From Sandaracinaceae bacterium (lineage in GTDB: Bacteria; Myxococcota_A; Polyangia; Polyangiales; Sandaracinaceae), in NCBI GenBank assembly GCA_044220955.1, contig JBGAQA010000028.1:1-64000 (forward strand): DNA of 64,000 nt. The letters are read 5' to 3'. Below the pieces are notes generated by a model, which was given only the letters and a program-made list of their open reading frames with translations, ran no database searches and was not told the DNA's origin. Each line of letters begins with the position of its first letter. Within the stretch, counting starts at the first letter, position 1. Below, piece by piece: positions 27,153 to 36,549 of the stretch. The position numbers and the translations under genes were made by a program.

Positions 27153-28871
27153 ATGGCTGCGAGCAATGGGGGTCCGGCGAGGCCGAGCGCGACGGCGATG
27201 ACGCGCGAGGCGATGTGGAAGCGGCTCGAGGCGGCCGCCGACGTGGACCTGCTCGTGATCGGCGGCGGCATCGTCGGCGCCGGGGTCGCGCGGGACGCGG
27301 CGCGGCGGGGCCTCTCGGTCGCCGTGGTCGAGATGGACGACCTCGCCTCCGGCACCAGCTCGCGCTCGAGCAAGCTGGTCCACGGCGGGCTGCGCTACCT
27401 CGAGCAGTACGAGATCGGCCTCGTGTTCGAGTCGGTGAGCGAGCGGCGCATCCTGATGGACCTCGCGCCGCACCTCGTCAACCCGCTGGCGTTCCTCTTC
27501 CCCGTCTATCAGGGGAGCCGCCACAACCTGCTCATGATCCGCGCCGGCATGTGGCTCTACGACGGGCTCTCGCTCTTCCGATCGCCGCAGCGCCACCGGC
27601 AGCTCAGCGGCAAGGACGTGATGAGCGAGGAGCCCGCGCTCAAGAGCGAGGGGCTCAAGGGCGCGCCGCTCTACTACGACTGCTCGACCGACGACGCGCG
27701 CCTCACGCTCGAGAACGCCATCGACGCGGCACGCCACGGGGCCATCGTCGCGACCTACGCCAAGGTCGAGGCGCTGACGGCCGGCAAGGGCGAGCGCCTG
27801 CGCGGCGCGACGATCCGAGACGTCCTCGGCGGGCGGCGCAAGGAGCTGCGCGCGCGCGCGATCGTCAACGCCACGGGCCCGTGGACCGACGCGACGGTCG
27901 CCCTCGCACGAGCCGAGGGCGCGGCCCCGGGGCCGATGTTGCGACCGACCAAGGGTGTTCACGTCGTCGTCGACCGCGAGCGGCTGCCCGTGAACCACGC
28001 GGTCGTCTGCTACCACCCGGACGACGGCCGGGTGCTCTTCGCGATCCCATGGGGCGACCGCACGTACGTCGGCACGACGGACACGGACTACGCGGGGGAC
28101 CCGGCGGACGTGGCCGCGACGCACGACGACGTCCGCTACCTGCTGCGCGCGACGAGCGCGTACTTCCCCGCGCAGAACGTCGTGGAGGCCGACGTGATCT
28201 CCACGTGGGCAGGCCTGCGCCCGCTGATCGCGGAGACGGGCGTGAAGGAGAGCCAGGTGAGCCGAGAGCACCACATCGCGATCGGGCAGGACGGCCTGAT
28301 CACGATCGCCGGCGGCAAGCTCACCACCTACCGCCGCATGTCGGCGGAGATCGTCGACACGGTCGTCCGGGTGCTGGAGATGACGCGCGAGCTCAAGAAG
28401 GAGCTCGCGCCGGCTCGCACCGACAAGGACCCGCTGCCTGGAGGCGAGGGCTGGCCCGAGGACGACGACCACGCGAAGGTCGCCACGCGAGTGCTCGAGG
28501 CGTCGCGCGGCGCCTTCGACGACCCGACCGCGCTCGCGCTCGCGGGCCACTACGGGATGCGCGCACTCGCGCTGGCCGAGCGTGCGGCATCCGACCCGCA
28601 TGCCGCCGCCCGCATCGTCGAGGGACGCCCCGAGCGCTTCGTCCAGGTCGACTTCGCGGTCGACGAGGAGCTCGCGACCACGCTGATCGACGTTCTGCTG
28701 CGCCGCACGCAGATCTTTCTCCGCGACCACGACCAGGGCCTGGGCGCGGCGCGCGCCGTGGCGGACCGCATGGCGGCGCGGCTCGGATGGGACGCCGAGC
28801 GCACGGCGACCGAGATCGCGCGCTACGAGGCCGAGGTGGCGCGCTCCCGCCGCTGGCGCGGCGAGCCCTGA
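27153..28871 (+). CDS. glpD: FAD-dependent glycerol-3-phosphate dehydrogenase
   Basis: IGGGIVG, GTSSRSSKLVHGGLRYL, VNATGPW, GGKLTTYRRM. Confidence 0.95.
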   Translation: MAASNGGPARPSATAMTREAMWKRLEAAADVDLLVIGGGIVGAGVARDAARRGLSVAVVEMDDLASGTSSRSSKLVHGGLRYLEQYEIGLVFESVSERRILMDLAPHLVNPLAFLFPVYQGSRHNLLMIRAGMWLYDGLSLFRSPQRHRQLSGKDVMSEEPALKSEGLKGAPLYYDCSTDDARLTLENAIDAARHGAIVATYAKVEALTAGKGERLRGATIRDVLGGRRKELRARAIVNATGPWTDATVALARAEGAAPGPMLRPTKGVHVVVDRERLPVNHAVVCYHPDDGRVLFAIPWGDRTYVGTTDTDYAGDPADVAATHDDVRYLLRATSAYFPAQNVVEADVISTWAGLRPLIAETGVKESQVSREHHIAIGQDGLITIAGGKLTTYRRMSAEIVDTVVRVLEMTRELKKELAPARTDKDPLPGGEGWPEDDDHAKVATRVLEASRGAFDDPTALALAGHYGMRALALAERAASDPHAAARIVEGRPERFVQVDFAVDEELATTLIDVLLRRTQIFLRDHDQGLGAARAVADRMAARLGWDAERTATEIARYEAEVARSRRWRGEP

Positions 28872-28881
28872 TCGCGCTCGC

Positions 28882-29295
28882 TCAGCTCCCCTTGGCGGCG
28901 ACGAGCGGGGTCGGCATTCGCTCGAGCCGCGCACGGACGTCGGCGACCAGGCGCGCCCGATCCATCGCCCGGCCATCCGCCGCCAGGAGGCCCTCGCCGT
29001 GCGCGTCGAACTGCGCGCGGTACACGCCCTGGTCGTGAAACGCGCGACGGTCCGTGCTCGGGACGCCCTCGACGAAGATCGCGATCGTCGGAGGGAAGTC
29101 ACGGGCCAGCCGCGCGAGGAACTTGAGATCGATCGCGGGGCTCCGCGTGTCCACGAGGATCGCGACGCGGCGGCTCTCGTCGAGCGCCATGAGCAGATCG
29201 GCGACGTCGCGCGCGACCACGGCGTCCGCCTCCCCTTCCCCTTCGAGCGTGACGTCGCGGGAGCAGACGACGACGCGGATCGCCGCGTCGACCAC
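28882..29295 (-). CDS. Hypothetical protein (alpha/beta, possibly a degenerate receiver fold)
   Basis: Coding-like GC3 in the 3' part of the 193-aa ORF; start uncertain. Confidence 0.55.
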   Translation of the reverse strand: MVDAAIRVVVCSRDVTLEGEGEADAVVARDVADLLMALDESRRVAILVDTRSPAIDLKFLARLARDFPPTIAIFVEGVPSTDRRAFHDQGVYRAQFDAHGEGLLAADGRAMDRARLVADVRARLERMPTPLVAAKGS

Positions 29296-29472
29296 CCCGC
29301 TACCCGGAGGCAGCGTCTCGTCAGGCTTCCGCACACCCCGATCCGATGCACCCACCGTGCCGCGCCTCCCTTGCCAGATTCCGAAGCGATTCCAGGCGCC
29401 CGATCCAGGCACGCGAGAACCGCCCTCGCGGCGCCCTTGCCCCCGCGCAGCGCCGGGTTTCAAGCGTGCAAG

Positions 29473-30621
29473 TCAGCCGCGGCGCGTCCCACCGGAGTAG
29501 CCAGGCCCCGAGGGAACCACCGGCGAGCGCCCGTCCAGCATCATCTGCAGCTCGTTCGGGTCGCTCGAGTAGGCCATCGCGTCCTCGAGCGAGATCAGGC
29601 GCTTCTGATAGAGGGAGTAGAGCGACTGGTTCATCGTCTGCATCCCGCTCTTTCCCTGTCCGATCTGGATCTGGGAGTAGATCTGATGGACCTTGTCCTC
29701 GCGGATCAGGTTCCGGATCGCCGCGTTGGGCACCATCACCTCGAGCGCCACGACGCGGCCGGGCCCATCGGCCCGCGGCAGCAGCAGCTGCGTCATCACG
29801 CCCTGGAGCACGAACGAGAGCTGTGCGCGGATCTGCGCCTGTTGGCCGGCGGGGAACACGTCGATCATGCGGTTGATCGACGAGATCGCGCTGTTGGTGT
29901 GGAGCGTGCCGAAGACGAGGTGGCCCGTCTCGCTGATCGTGAGCGCTGCCTCGATGGTCTCGAGGTCGCGCATCTCGCCGACGAGCACGACGTCCGGATC
30001 CTGGCGCAGGACGTACTTCAGGGCCTCCTTGAAGCCCTTCGTGTCGGCGCCGACCTCGCGCTGGTTCACCACGCAGAGCTTGCTGTGGTGCTCGTACTCG
30101 ATCGGGTCCTCGATCGTCATGATGTGCATGCGCTGCTCGCGGTTGATCTTGTCGATCATCGACGCGAGCGTGGTGGACTTGCCCGAGCCCGTCGGACCGG
30201 TGACCAGCACCAGGCCCCGCGGCAGCGATGACAGGTCGCTCACGACCTGGGGCAGCCCGAGCTCCTCGAAGGTCATGATGCGGTGCGGGATCGCGCGGAA
30301 AGCCGCGGCGACGGCGCCGCGCTGCATGAACACGTTGCCGCGGAAGCGCGAGAGCCCGCGCAGGCCGAACGAGAAGTCGAGCTCCTGGGTCTTCTCGAAC
30401 TTCACCTTCTGGTCGTCGGAGATCGCCGAGTAGACGAGCTGCTTGGTGTCCTCGGGCCGGAGCGGGGGCATCTTCAGGGGCACCAGGCTCCCGTCGATGC
30501 GGAACTGCGGCGGGGTGCCCTTGGTGAGGTGCAGATCGGACGCGCCGCGCTCGATCATGGCGCGCAGGAGCTGGACGAGGGTGACCTGGAGGGGGCCCTG
30601 GTGGTCGGCGGCGTCGGTCAT
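29473..30621 (-). CDS. pilT: Type IV pilus retraction ATPase
   Basis: ASDLHL, GPTGSGKS, EDPIE, LRQDPD, AIRNLIRE motif. Confidence 0.95.
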   Translation of the reverse strand: MTDAADHQGPLQVTLVQLLRAMIERGASDLHLTKGTPPQFRIDGSLVPLKMPPLRPEDTKQLVYSAISDDQKVKFEKTQELDFSFGLRGLSRFRGNVFMQRGAVAAAFRAIPHRIMTFEELGLPQVVSDLSSLPRGLVLVTGPTGSGKSTTLASMIDKINREQRMHIMTIEDPIEYEHHSKLCVVNQREVGADTKGFKEALKYVLRQDPDVVLVGEMRDLETIEAALTISETGHLVFGTLHTNSAISSINRMIDVFPAGQQAQIRAQLSFVLQGVMTQLLLPRADGPGRVVALEVMVPNAAIRNLIREDKVHQIYSQIQIGQGKSGMQTMNQSLYSLYQKRLISLEDAMAYSSDPNELQMMLDGRSPVVPSGPGYSGGTRRG

Positions 30622-30668
30622 GCGACGTCCATGATAGCGGCCAACGTGAAAGGATTCGTCCGCTCATT

Positions 30669-30698
30669 TTGACCCCCCGGGGCCCGGGCCTGTAGTCT
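30669..30698 (+). promoter_or_regulatory. Sigma70-type promoter for pilC
   Basis: TTGACC-N18-TAGTCT, 11 nt before the ATG. Confidence 0.5.
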
Positions 30699-30709
30699 TC
30701 GAAGAGGTC

Positions 30710-31930
30710 ATGGCACAGGCGCAGGAGTGGATCTGGGAGGCGAAGGCGCGCACCGGCGAGGTGCGCAAGGGCGTCATGGAGGCCGACTCCGAGGCGACCG
30801 TCCAGACGCGCCTCAAGGCTCAGAACCTGACCCCGACCAAGGTCAAGAAGAAGCCGGCCGAGCTCAACATCAGCTTCGGCTCGCCCGTGTCCGAGGTGGA
30901 GCTGGTCGTCTTCATCCGCCAGTTCGCCACGATGATCGACGCCGGCCTTCCGCTCGTGCAGTGCCTCGACATCCTCTCGAGCCAGGGCGACAACAAGGCG
31001 TTCAACCGCATCCTCAAGGACATCAAGAGCAACGTCGAGCAGGGCTCCACGTTCTCGGAGTCGCTGCGCAAGCACCCCAAGGTCTTCGACGAGCTCTTCG
31101 TGAACCTCGTGGCGGCCGGCGAGCTGGGCGGCATCCTCGACACGATCCTGCAGCGCCTCGCGGTCTACATCGAGAAGCGTGTGAAGCTGAAGCGGCAGGT
31201 CCGCTCGGCGCTCGTCTACCCCACGGCGGTCGGCCTCATCGCGGTCGGCGTGCTCTCCATCTTGCTGACGTTCGTCATCCCGAGCTTCCAGGCGATGTTC
31301 GCCGACTTCGGGGGAGAGGACGAGCTGCCCGGGCCGACGCGGCTCGTCATCGCCCTCTCCGAGGGCTTCATCCACTACCTGCCGTTCACGATCCTGAGCA
31401 TCATCGTCGGCGCTGCCGGGTTCTCCTACAGCTACCGCCAGCCGCGCGGGAAGGAGTTCTGGCACCGCCTGCTCCTGACGCTCCCGGTCCTCGGGCAGGT
31501 CATGCGGAAGATCGCCGTCGCGCGCTTCACGCGCACCCTCGGCACGCTCCTCACGTCGGGCGTGCCGATCCTCGACGCGCTCGAGATCGTCGCCAAGGCC
31601 TCGGGCAACGTCGTCATCGAGAAGGGCATCCAGGCGACCGCCGCGAAGATCCGCGAGGGCCGGACGATGGCCGAGCCCCTGATGGAGACGAAGGTCTTTC
31701 CGCCGATGGTCGTGCAGATGATCGGCGTGGGCGAGCAGACCGGCGCGCTCGATCAGATGCTCAACAAGATCGCCGACTTCTACGAGGAAGAGGTGGACGT
31801 CGCCGTCGCCGGGCTCACCTCGCTGCTCGAGCCGATCATGATGGTCGTCATCGGCGGCATGGTCGGCTTCATGCTGATCGCGATGTACATGCCGATCTTC
31901 TCGATCGCCGGCAAGGTGAAGGCCGATTGA
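30710..31930 (+). CDS. pilC: Type IV pilus platform protein
   Basis: RQFATMIDAGLPL, AGELGG.LD, YP, GEQTGALD, LEP..YMPIF. Confidence 0.95.
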   Translation: MAQAQEWIWEAKARTGEVRKGVMEADSEATVQTRLKAQNLTPTKVKKKPAELNISFGSPVSEVELVVFIRQFATMIDAGLPLVQCLDILSSQGDNKAFNRILKDIKSNVEQGSTFSESLRKHPKVFDELFVNLVAAGELGGILDTILQRLAVYIEKRVKLKRQVRSALVYPTAVGLIAVGVLSILLTFVIPSFQAMFADFGGEDELPGPTRLVIALSEGFIHYLPFTILSIIVGAAGFSYSYRQPRGKEFWHRLLLTLPVLGQVMRKIAVARFTRTLGTLLTSGVPILDALEIVAKASGNVVIEKGIQATAAKIREGRTMAEPLMETKVFPPMVVQMIGVGEQTGALDQMLNKIADFYEEEVDVAVAGLTSLLEPIMMVVIGGMVGFMLIAMYMPIFSIAGKVKAD

Positions 31931-33624
31931 TCGGAGGGGCGTCGCCCACGGCGGCGGACCCACCGGCCCCGGGAGCCCGCGTCTCGGCGCCCGTCCCGGC
32001 GACGGCGCCCGAGGGGGACGCCGCGCGCACGCGCCTCTCGGCCGCGCTCGCGACGCGGCTCGGGGTGGGGCTCGTCTTGCTCGGCGGCTCCATCCTGGTC
32101 GTCGGGGGCACCCCCGCCTCGAGCGACGCGCTCTTCCGCCTGGTGCTCGCGGTCTTCGCGACGTCCCTCGGCTTCCTCTTCTGGCTCGCGCTGCGGCCCG
32201 CCCACGCGGAGCGGATCGCCTACACGCTCGTGACCATCGATCTGCTCCTGACGACCTACCTGGTGTCGCTGACCGGCGGGGCGGTGAGCGGCTTCTCGTC
32301 GCTCTACGGGGTGGTGGTGCTCGGGGCCTCCGTCGTGGTCGGCCCGCGGCCCACGCTCGTGGCGGCGGGGCTCGCCCCCATCCTCTACGTCTCGATCGCC
32401 CTCGGGCTCGCGAGCGGGGTCGTGGCCGCGCCGGCGGACTCGCTCTTCGCCGACTCGCACCCCTCGAACGTCGAGTTCTCGCTCGCGCTGCTCCGGAACA
32501 TCGTGGGTCTGATGCTCGTCGGCGGGCTTGCGGCCGCGCTGAGCGACCGGCTACACCGGACCAAGGGCGCCCTCGTGCGCGCGACCGAGTCGGCCGCGGT
32601 CAATGCGCGCCTGACCGAGGACGTCGTCCGCTCGCTCGGATCGGGTCTGTTGACGACGAATCTGGACGACGTCGTCCAGACGATCAACGCCGCGGGCGCG
32701 CGGATGCTCGGGCGCCCGGTCTCGGCGATCGTCGGCGCGCCGCTCGACACGCTCCTCGACGGCGTCTCCCGCAAGCCCGAGTCACGGAGCGAGGGGCTCG
32801 CGCGCCGGACCGACGGCACGACGTTCCCGGTGGGCTACTCGCGGACTCCCCTCGTCGCACACGACGGACAGATCCTCGGCTCGTTGCTCCTCTTCCAGGA
32901 TCTGACCGAGCTCGCGACACTCCGCGAGAAGGCGGAGCGCGCCGAGCGCCTCGCCGTGCTCGGGCAGCTGGCGGCGGGTCTGGCCCACGAGATCCGAAAT
33001 CCCCTCGGCGCGATCTCGGGCTCGGTCGAGCTCGTCCGGGACGCCGAGGCGCTCGGGAGCGAGGACAAGAAGCTGCTCGAGACCGTGCTGGGCGAGGTCG
33101 ATCGGGTGAACGAGCTCGTCACGACGATGCTGGAGCTCGGTCGCCCGACCGCGCCGGAGCGCCGGCAGGTCGACGTCGCGGGTGTGGCGCGCGACGTCGT
33201 CGACCTCGCTCGCCGTCAGCCCAGCGCCACCACCGTCCAGATCGTCCTCGACGCGCTGCCGGCGCAGGCGCATGCCGACCCGGCGCAGCTCCGGCAGGTG
33301 GTCTGGAACCTCGTGAAGAACGCGATCCAGTTCTCGCCGAAGGACGGCGAGGTCCGCGTGGTCGCGCGGACCGACGGCGACGACGCCGTCATCGAGGTGA
33401 TCGATCACGGCCGCGGCGTGGACCCGGCCGACCTCGATCGGGTGTTCGACCCGTTCTTCACCAAGCGCAAGCATGGCGTCGGCCTCGGCCTCGCGATCGC
33501 CAAGCAGATCATCGACGCGCACGGGGGCTCCATCGGGGTGAGCTCCGCGCCAGGTGAGACGCGGTTCGTGGTCCGGCTCGCGACCGGCACGGCCCCGCGC
33601 GGTTCGGATCAGCTCGACGCCTGA
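31927..33624 (+). CDS. pilS: PilS-like membrane sensor histidine kinase (TM-PAS-HisKA-HATPase)
   Basis: 5-6 TM helices, LAHEIRNPL, NLVKNA, DHGRG, FFTKR..GLGLAI; directly after pilC; TTG start inferred. Confidence 0.8.
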   Translation: MIGGASPTAADPPAPGARVSAPVPATAPEGDAARTRLSAALATRLGVGLVLLGGSILVVGGTPASSDALFRLVLAVFATSLGFLFWLALRPAHAERIAYTLVTIDLLLTTYLVSLTGGAVSGFSSLYGVVVLGASVVVGPRPTLVAAGLAPILYVSIALGLASGVVAAPADSLFADSHPSNVEFSLALLRNIVGLMLVGGLAAALSDRLHRTKGALVRATESAAVNARLTEDVVRSLGSGLLTTNLDDVVQTINAAGARMLGRPVSAIVGAPLDTLLDGVSRKPESRSEGLARRTDGTTFPVGYSRTPLVAHDGQILGSLLLFQDLTELATLREKAERAERLAVLGQLAAGLAHEIRNPLGAISGSVELVRDAEALGSEDKKLLETVLGEVDRVNELVTTMLELGRPTAPERRQVDVAGVARDVVDLARRQPSATTVQIVLDALPAQAHADPAQLRQVVWNLVKNAIQFSPKDGEVRVVARTDGDDAVIEVIDHGRGVDPADLDRVFDPFFTKRKHGVGLGLAIAKQIIDAHGGSIGVSSAPGETRFVVRLATGTAPRGSDQLDA

Positions 33625-34484
33625 CGGCGTGCGTGCGCCGCGCGAGTCCCGAGGGGCCCGAGGACGGTCCAGTGCCTGTCCTCGCTGGACGAGAGCAGCG
33701 ACGGGCGATCGGTGAGCACCTCGCACCCGGTGTGTGTGACCAGGATCGTGTGCTCGAACTGCGCCGAGAGCGAGCCGTCGCTCGTCACGACCGTCCACTC
33801 GTCGGGCAGCACCTCGGTGTCCCAGTGGCCGACGTTGATCATCGGCTCGATGGTGAAGACCATGCCCGCACGCATGCGCTCGTTCTTGTGCCCGTCGCCC
33901 GGCCGCGGCACGTAGTGCGGCACCTGCGGCTTCATGTGGAACTCGCGCCCGACGCCGTGACCGACGTAGTCGCGCACCACCGAGCAGCCCCGGCTCTCGG
34001 CGTATTCCTGGATGGCCGCGCCGATGTCCCAGATGCGGCCGCCGTGCTTGACGGCCGCGATCCCGCGCTCGAGCGCGTGGCGCGCCGTCTCCACCACGCG
34101 GCGGGCGTCTTCGCTCGGCTCGCCCACGTAGAACGTGGCGCTCGTGTCGCCGTGGTAGCCCTTGAAGTACGTCGTCACGTCGACGTTCACGATGTCGCCG
34201 TCCTCGAGCCTCCGCTTGCCGGGGATGCCGTGACAGACGACCTCGTTGACGCTCGTACACACGCTCTTGGGGAACGCTCGCGGCGCGCCCGAGGGTCGGT
34301 AGTTCAGGGGCGAGGGGTACGCGTCGCGAGCCATGATCCAGTCGTGCACGAGCTTGTCGATCTCGTCGGTGCTCATGCCGGAGCGGATGTTCTGGCCGAC
34401 CATCACGAGGCACTCGCCCGCCATGCGGCAGCTCTCCCGCATGCGATCGATCATCGAAGGGCTCATGATCTCGACGGACGCCAT
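33609..34484 (-). CDS. map: Methionine aminopeptidase type I
   Basis: CTSVNEVVCHGIP, GYHGDTS, GHGVG, FTIEPMIN, SAQFEHT. Confidence 0.97.
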   Translation of the reverse strand: MASVEIMSPSMIDRMRESCRMAGECLVMVGQNIRSGMSTDEIDKLVHDWIMARDAYPSPLNYRPSGAPRAFPKSVCTSVNEVVCHGIPGKRRLEDGDIVNVDVTTYFKGYHGDTSATFYVGEPSEDARRVVETARHALERGIAAVKHGGRIWDIGAAIQEYAESRGCSVVRDYVGHGVGREFHMKPQVPHYVPRPGDGHKNERMRAGMVFTIEPMINVGHWDTEVLPDEWTVVTSDGSLSAQFEHTILVTHTGCEVLTDRPSLLSSSEDRHWTVLGPLGTRAAHARRQASS

Positions 34485-34572
34485 CTCTGCCTCGCAGCCT
34501 TCGCATGTAGCGCGCGCCGTTCCCCCGATCAATCATCGCCGGTCCCGGGAGCAGCCCGGAAGAGGAGGCTCG

Positions 34573-35289
34573 ATGCGCGACTTCGACGACCTGAACGTGG
34601 TGGTGACGGGCGGGACCGGCGCCCTCGGGAGCGCGCTCGTGACGATCCTGCTCGAGCGTGGAGCACACTGCCACGTGCCCGCGTTCGACGACGCAGACGC
34701 CGCGCGCTGGCCACTCGCGAAGGACCCGCGTGTCACCGTGCGGGCGGGGTTCGATCTCGGCAACGAGGCGGACGTCGAGCGCTTCTATGCGGCGATCCCA
34801 TCGCTCTGGGCGTCGATCCACGTGGCCGGCGGCTACGCGGGTGGCCCGATCCTCGACACCACGCCCGTCACGGCGCGCAAGATGCTGACGACGAACGCCA
34901 TGAGCGCGTTCCTCTGCTGCCGCGAGGCGGTGCGCCGCATGCGCAGCGGGGCCGAGGCGGACGCCCCGCCCGCGGGCGGACGGATCGTCAACGTCGCCGC
35001 CAAGCCCGCGCTCGTCCCCACGGGGGGCAACGTCGCCTACGCGATGAGCAAGGCGGCCGTCGCGGCGCTGACGCTGGGGCTCGCCGAGGAGCTGCGCGCC
35101 GAGGGCATCTGGGTCAACGCCGTGGTCCCGTCCACGATGGACACGCCGGCGAACCGCGCGGCGATGCCAGGGGCCGATCACGCGTCGTGGCCGAAGGTCG
35201 CCGAGGTGGCCGAGACGATCGCGTTCCTCGCGTCACCGACGAACGGGAGCACGCGCGGCGCCCTCGTGCCGGTGTACGGGCGCAGCTAA
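34573..35289 (+). CDS. Short-chain dehydrogenase/reductase
   Basis: VTGGTGALG, YAMSK, MDTPANR; GAGGAGG SD. Confidence 0.93.
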   Translation: MRDFDDLNVVVTGGTGALGSALVTILLERGAHCHVPAFDDADAARWPLAKDPRVTVRAGFDLGNEADVERFYAAIPSLWASIHVAGGYAGGPILDTTPVTARKMLTTNAMSAFLCCREAVRRMRSGAEADAPPAGGRIVNVAAKPALVPTGGNVAYAMSKAAVAALTLGLAEELRAEGIWVNAVVPSTMDTPANRAAMPGADHASWPKVAEVAETIAFLASPTNGSTRGALVPVYGRS

Positions 35290-35331
35290 CGGACGCCTGG
35301 AGCTGACGGACGCCTGGCCGGCAGGACCCGC

Positions 35332-36549
35332 TCAGTCGGTCACGACTCGATGGAACACGACCGGCGCGGTGCCGGTCGTGACGATCACGCTGGGGTCGAT
35401 CGACGAGATGCGGACGGTGTGGCGCTCGCCGTTGTACGGGAACGTCACGCCCACCAGGACCGCGTCGCTCTCGTGCCCCGTGGCCGCCACCAGGCGCGGG
35501 CTCGAGAGCTCGCTCGTCGCCGTGGCGTGGAACAGGCCCGCAGCGTCGAGCAGCTGGTGGGTGCCGCCGTTGGTCAGGCTCGGCGCGTCCAGGACCACGA
35601 TCACCCCGCCTCGGTCGAGGTACTCGCGGAGCGCCTCGCCCCACGCGTACCCCATCTCGCGGAGCTTGCCGTCGCTCGCCCCCGTCTGCGCGTACACGAG
35701 GAACGTGTCGGCCTGCTCGAGCCCCACCGGCACCGCGCTCACGTCGGAGGTGGCGGTCAACGCGATCGTCCCCGGCCCGGTCGCATCCGCGAGCGCGGCC
35801 AGGGTTCCGGCGATCCCGGCCGCGGTCGCGTCGCCCTCGAACGCCAGCACGCGCACGGGCGATCGCGCCGGCAAGAGCACGGCGTTCGCGACGATCCGGC
35901 TCATGTCCATGCGGCGCAGCTCGTAGTCGTGGCCGATCACCACGAGGTGCCCGTCGCGCGGGGAGACGCACGCGCTCGCCGCGCAGACGTCCGAGCCGCA
36001 GTCGGTCGCGCAGTCGCCGCAGAAGTGCGGGTCGCTCGCGAGATCGACGCAGCGGCTGCCACAGGCCGTCTCCGCACCGCAGCTCGGCATGCAGCCAGCG
36101 GTCGTGCAGACCTCGGCGGCGCCGCACGTCGTCGTGCAGTCGCCGCAGTGCGCGCCATCGCGGGGATCCACGCAGGCCGTGCCGCAGAGGAGCTCACCCA
36201 GCCCGCACCGGGGGCCACCGTCGACGAGCGAGCTGTCGAGGCCCGCGTCGCTGCCGGCGTCGGAGCCCGCATCGTGCCCTGCATCGAAGCCGGCGTCGTT
36301 GCCGCCGTCGCGCCCGGCGTCGCGGCCTGCATCGGGGACCACCGCCGCGTCGCCGAGGGTGCAGGTCGCGTTCGAGCAGCCGAACACGCAAGCGTTGCCG
36401 CACGCGCCGCAGTTCAGCCCGTCGCTCGCGAGATCGACGCAGTAACGACCGCAGCGCACGAGCGGCGCCCGGCACTCCGATCCGACGATCGCGCTCTCGC
36501 AGCCGACGCCGGACACCAGGACGGCGATCCCGAGCAGGAGCGGCCTCAT
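35332..36549 (-). CDS. Cys-rich lipoprotein (Stig1-like CVDxxxDxxxCGxC repeats) with C-terminal alpha/beta domain
   Basis: GVGC lipobox, 3 CVD..CG.C repeats, DAG linker. Confidence 0.8.
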   Translation of the reverse strand: MRPLLLGIAVLVSGVGCESAIVGSECRAPLVRCGRYCVDLASDGLNCGACGNACVFGCSNATCTLGDAAVVPDAGRDAGRDGGNDAGFDAGHDAGSDAGSDAGLDSSLVDGGPRCGLGELLCGTACVDPRDGAHCGDCTTTCGAAEVCTTAGCMPSCGAETACGSRCVDLASDPHFCGDCATDCGSDVCAASACVSPRDGHLVVIGHDYELRRMDMSRIVANAVLLPARSPVRVLAFEGDATAAGIAGTLAALADATGPGTIALTATSDVSAVPVGLEQADTFLVYAQTGASDGKLREMGYAWGEALREYLDRGGVIVVLDAPSLTNGGTHQLLDAAGLFHATATSELSSPRLVAATGHESDAVLVGVTFPYNGERHTVRISSIDPSVIVTTGTAPVVFHRVVTD

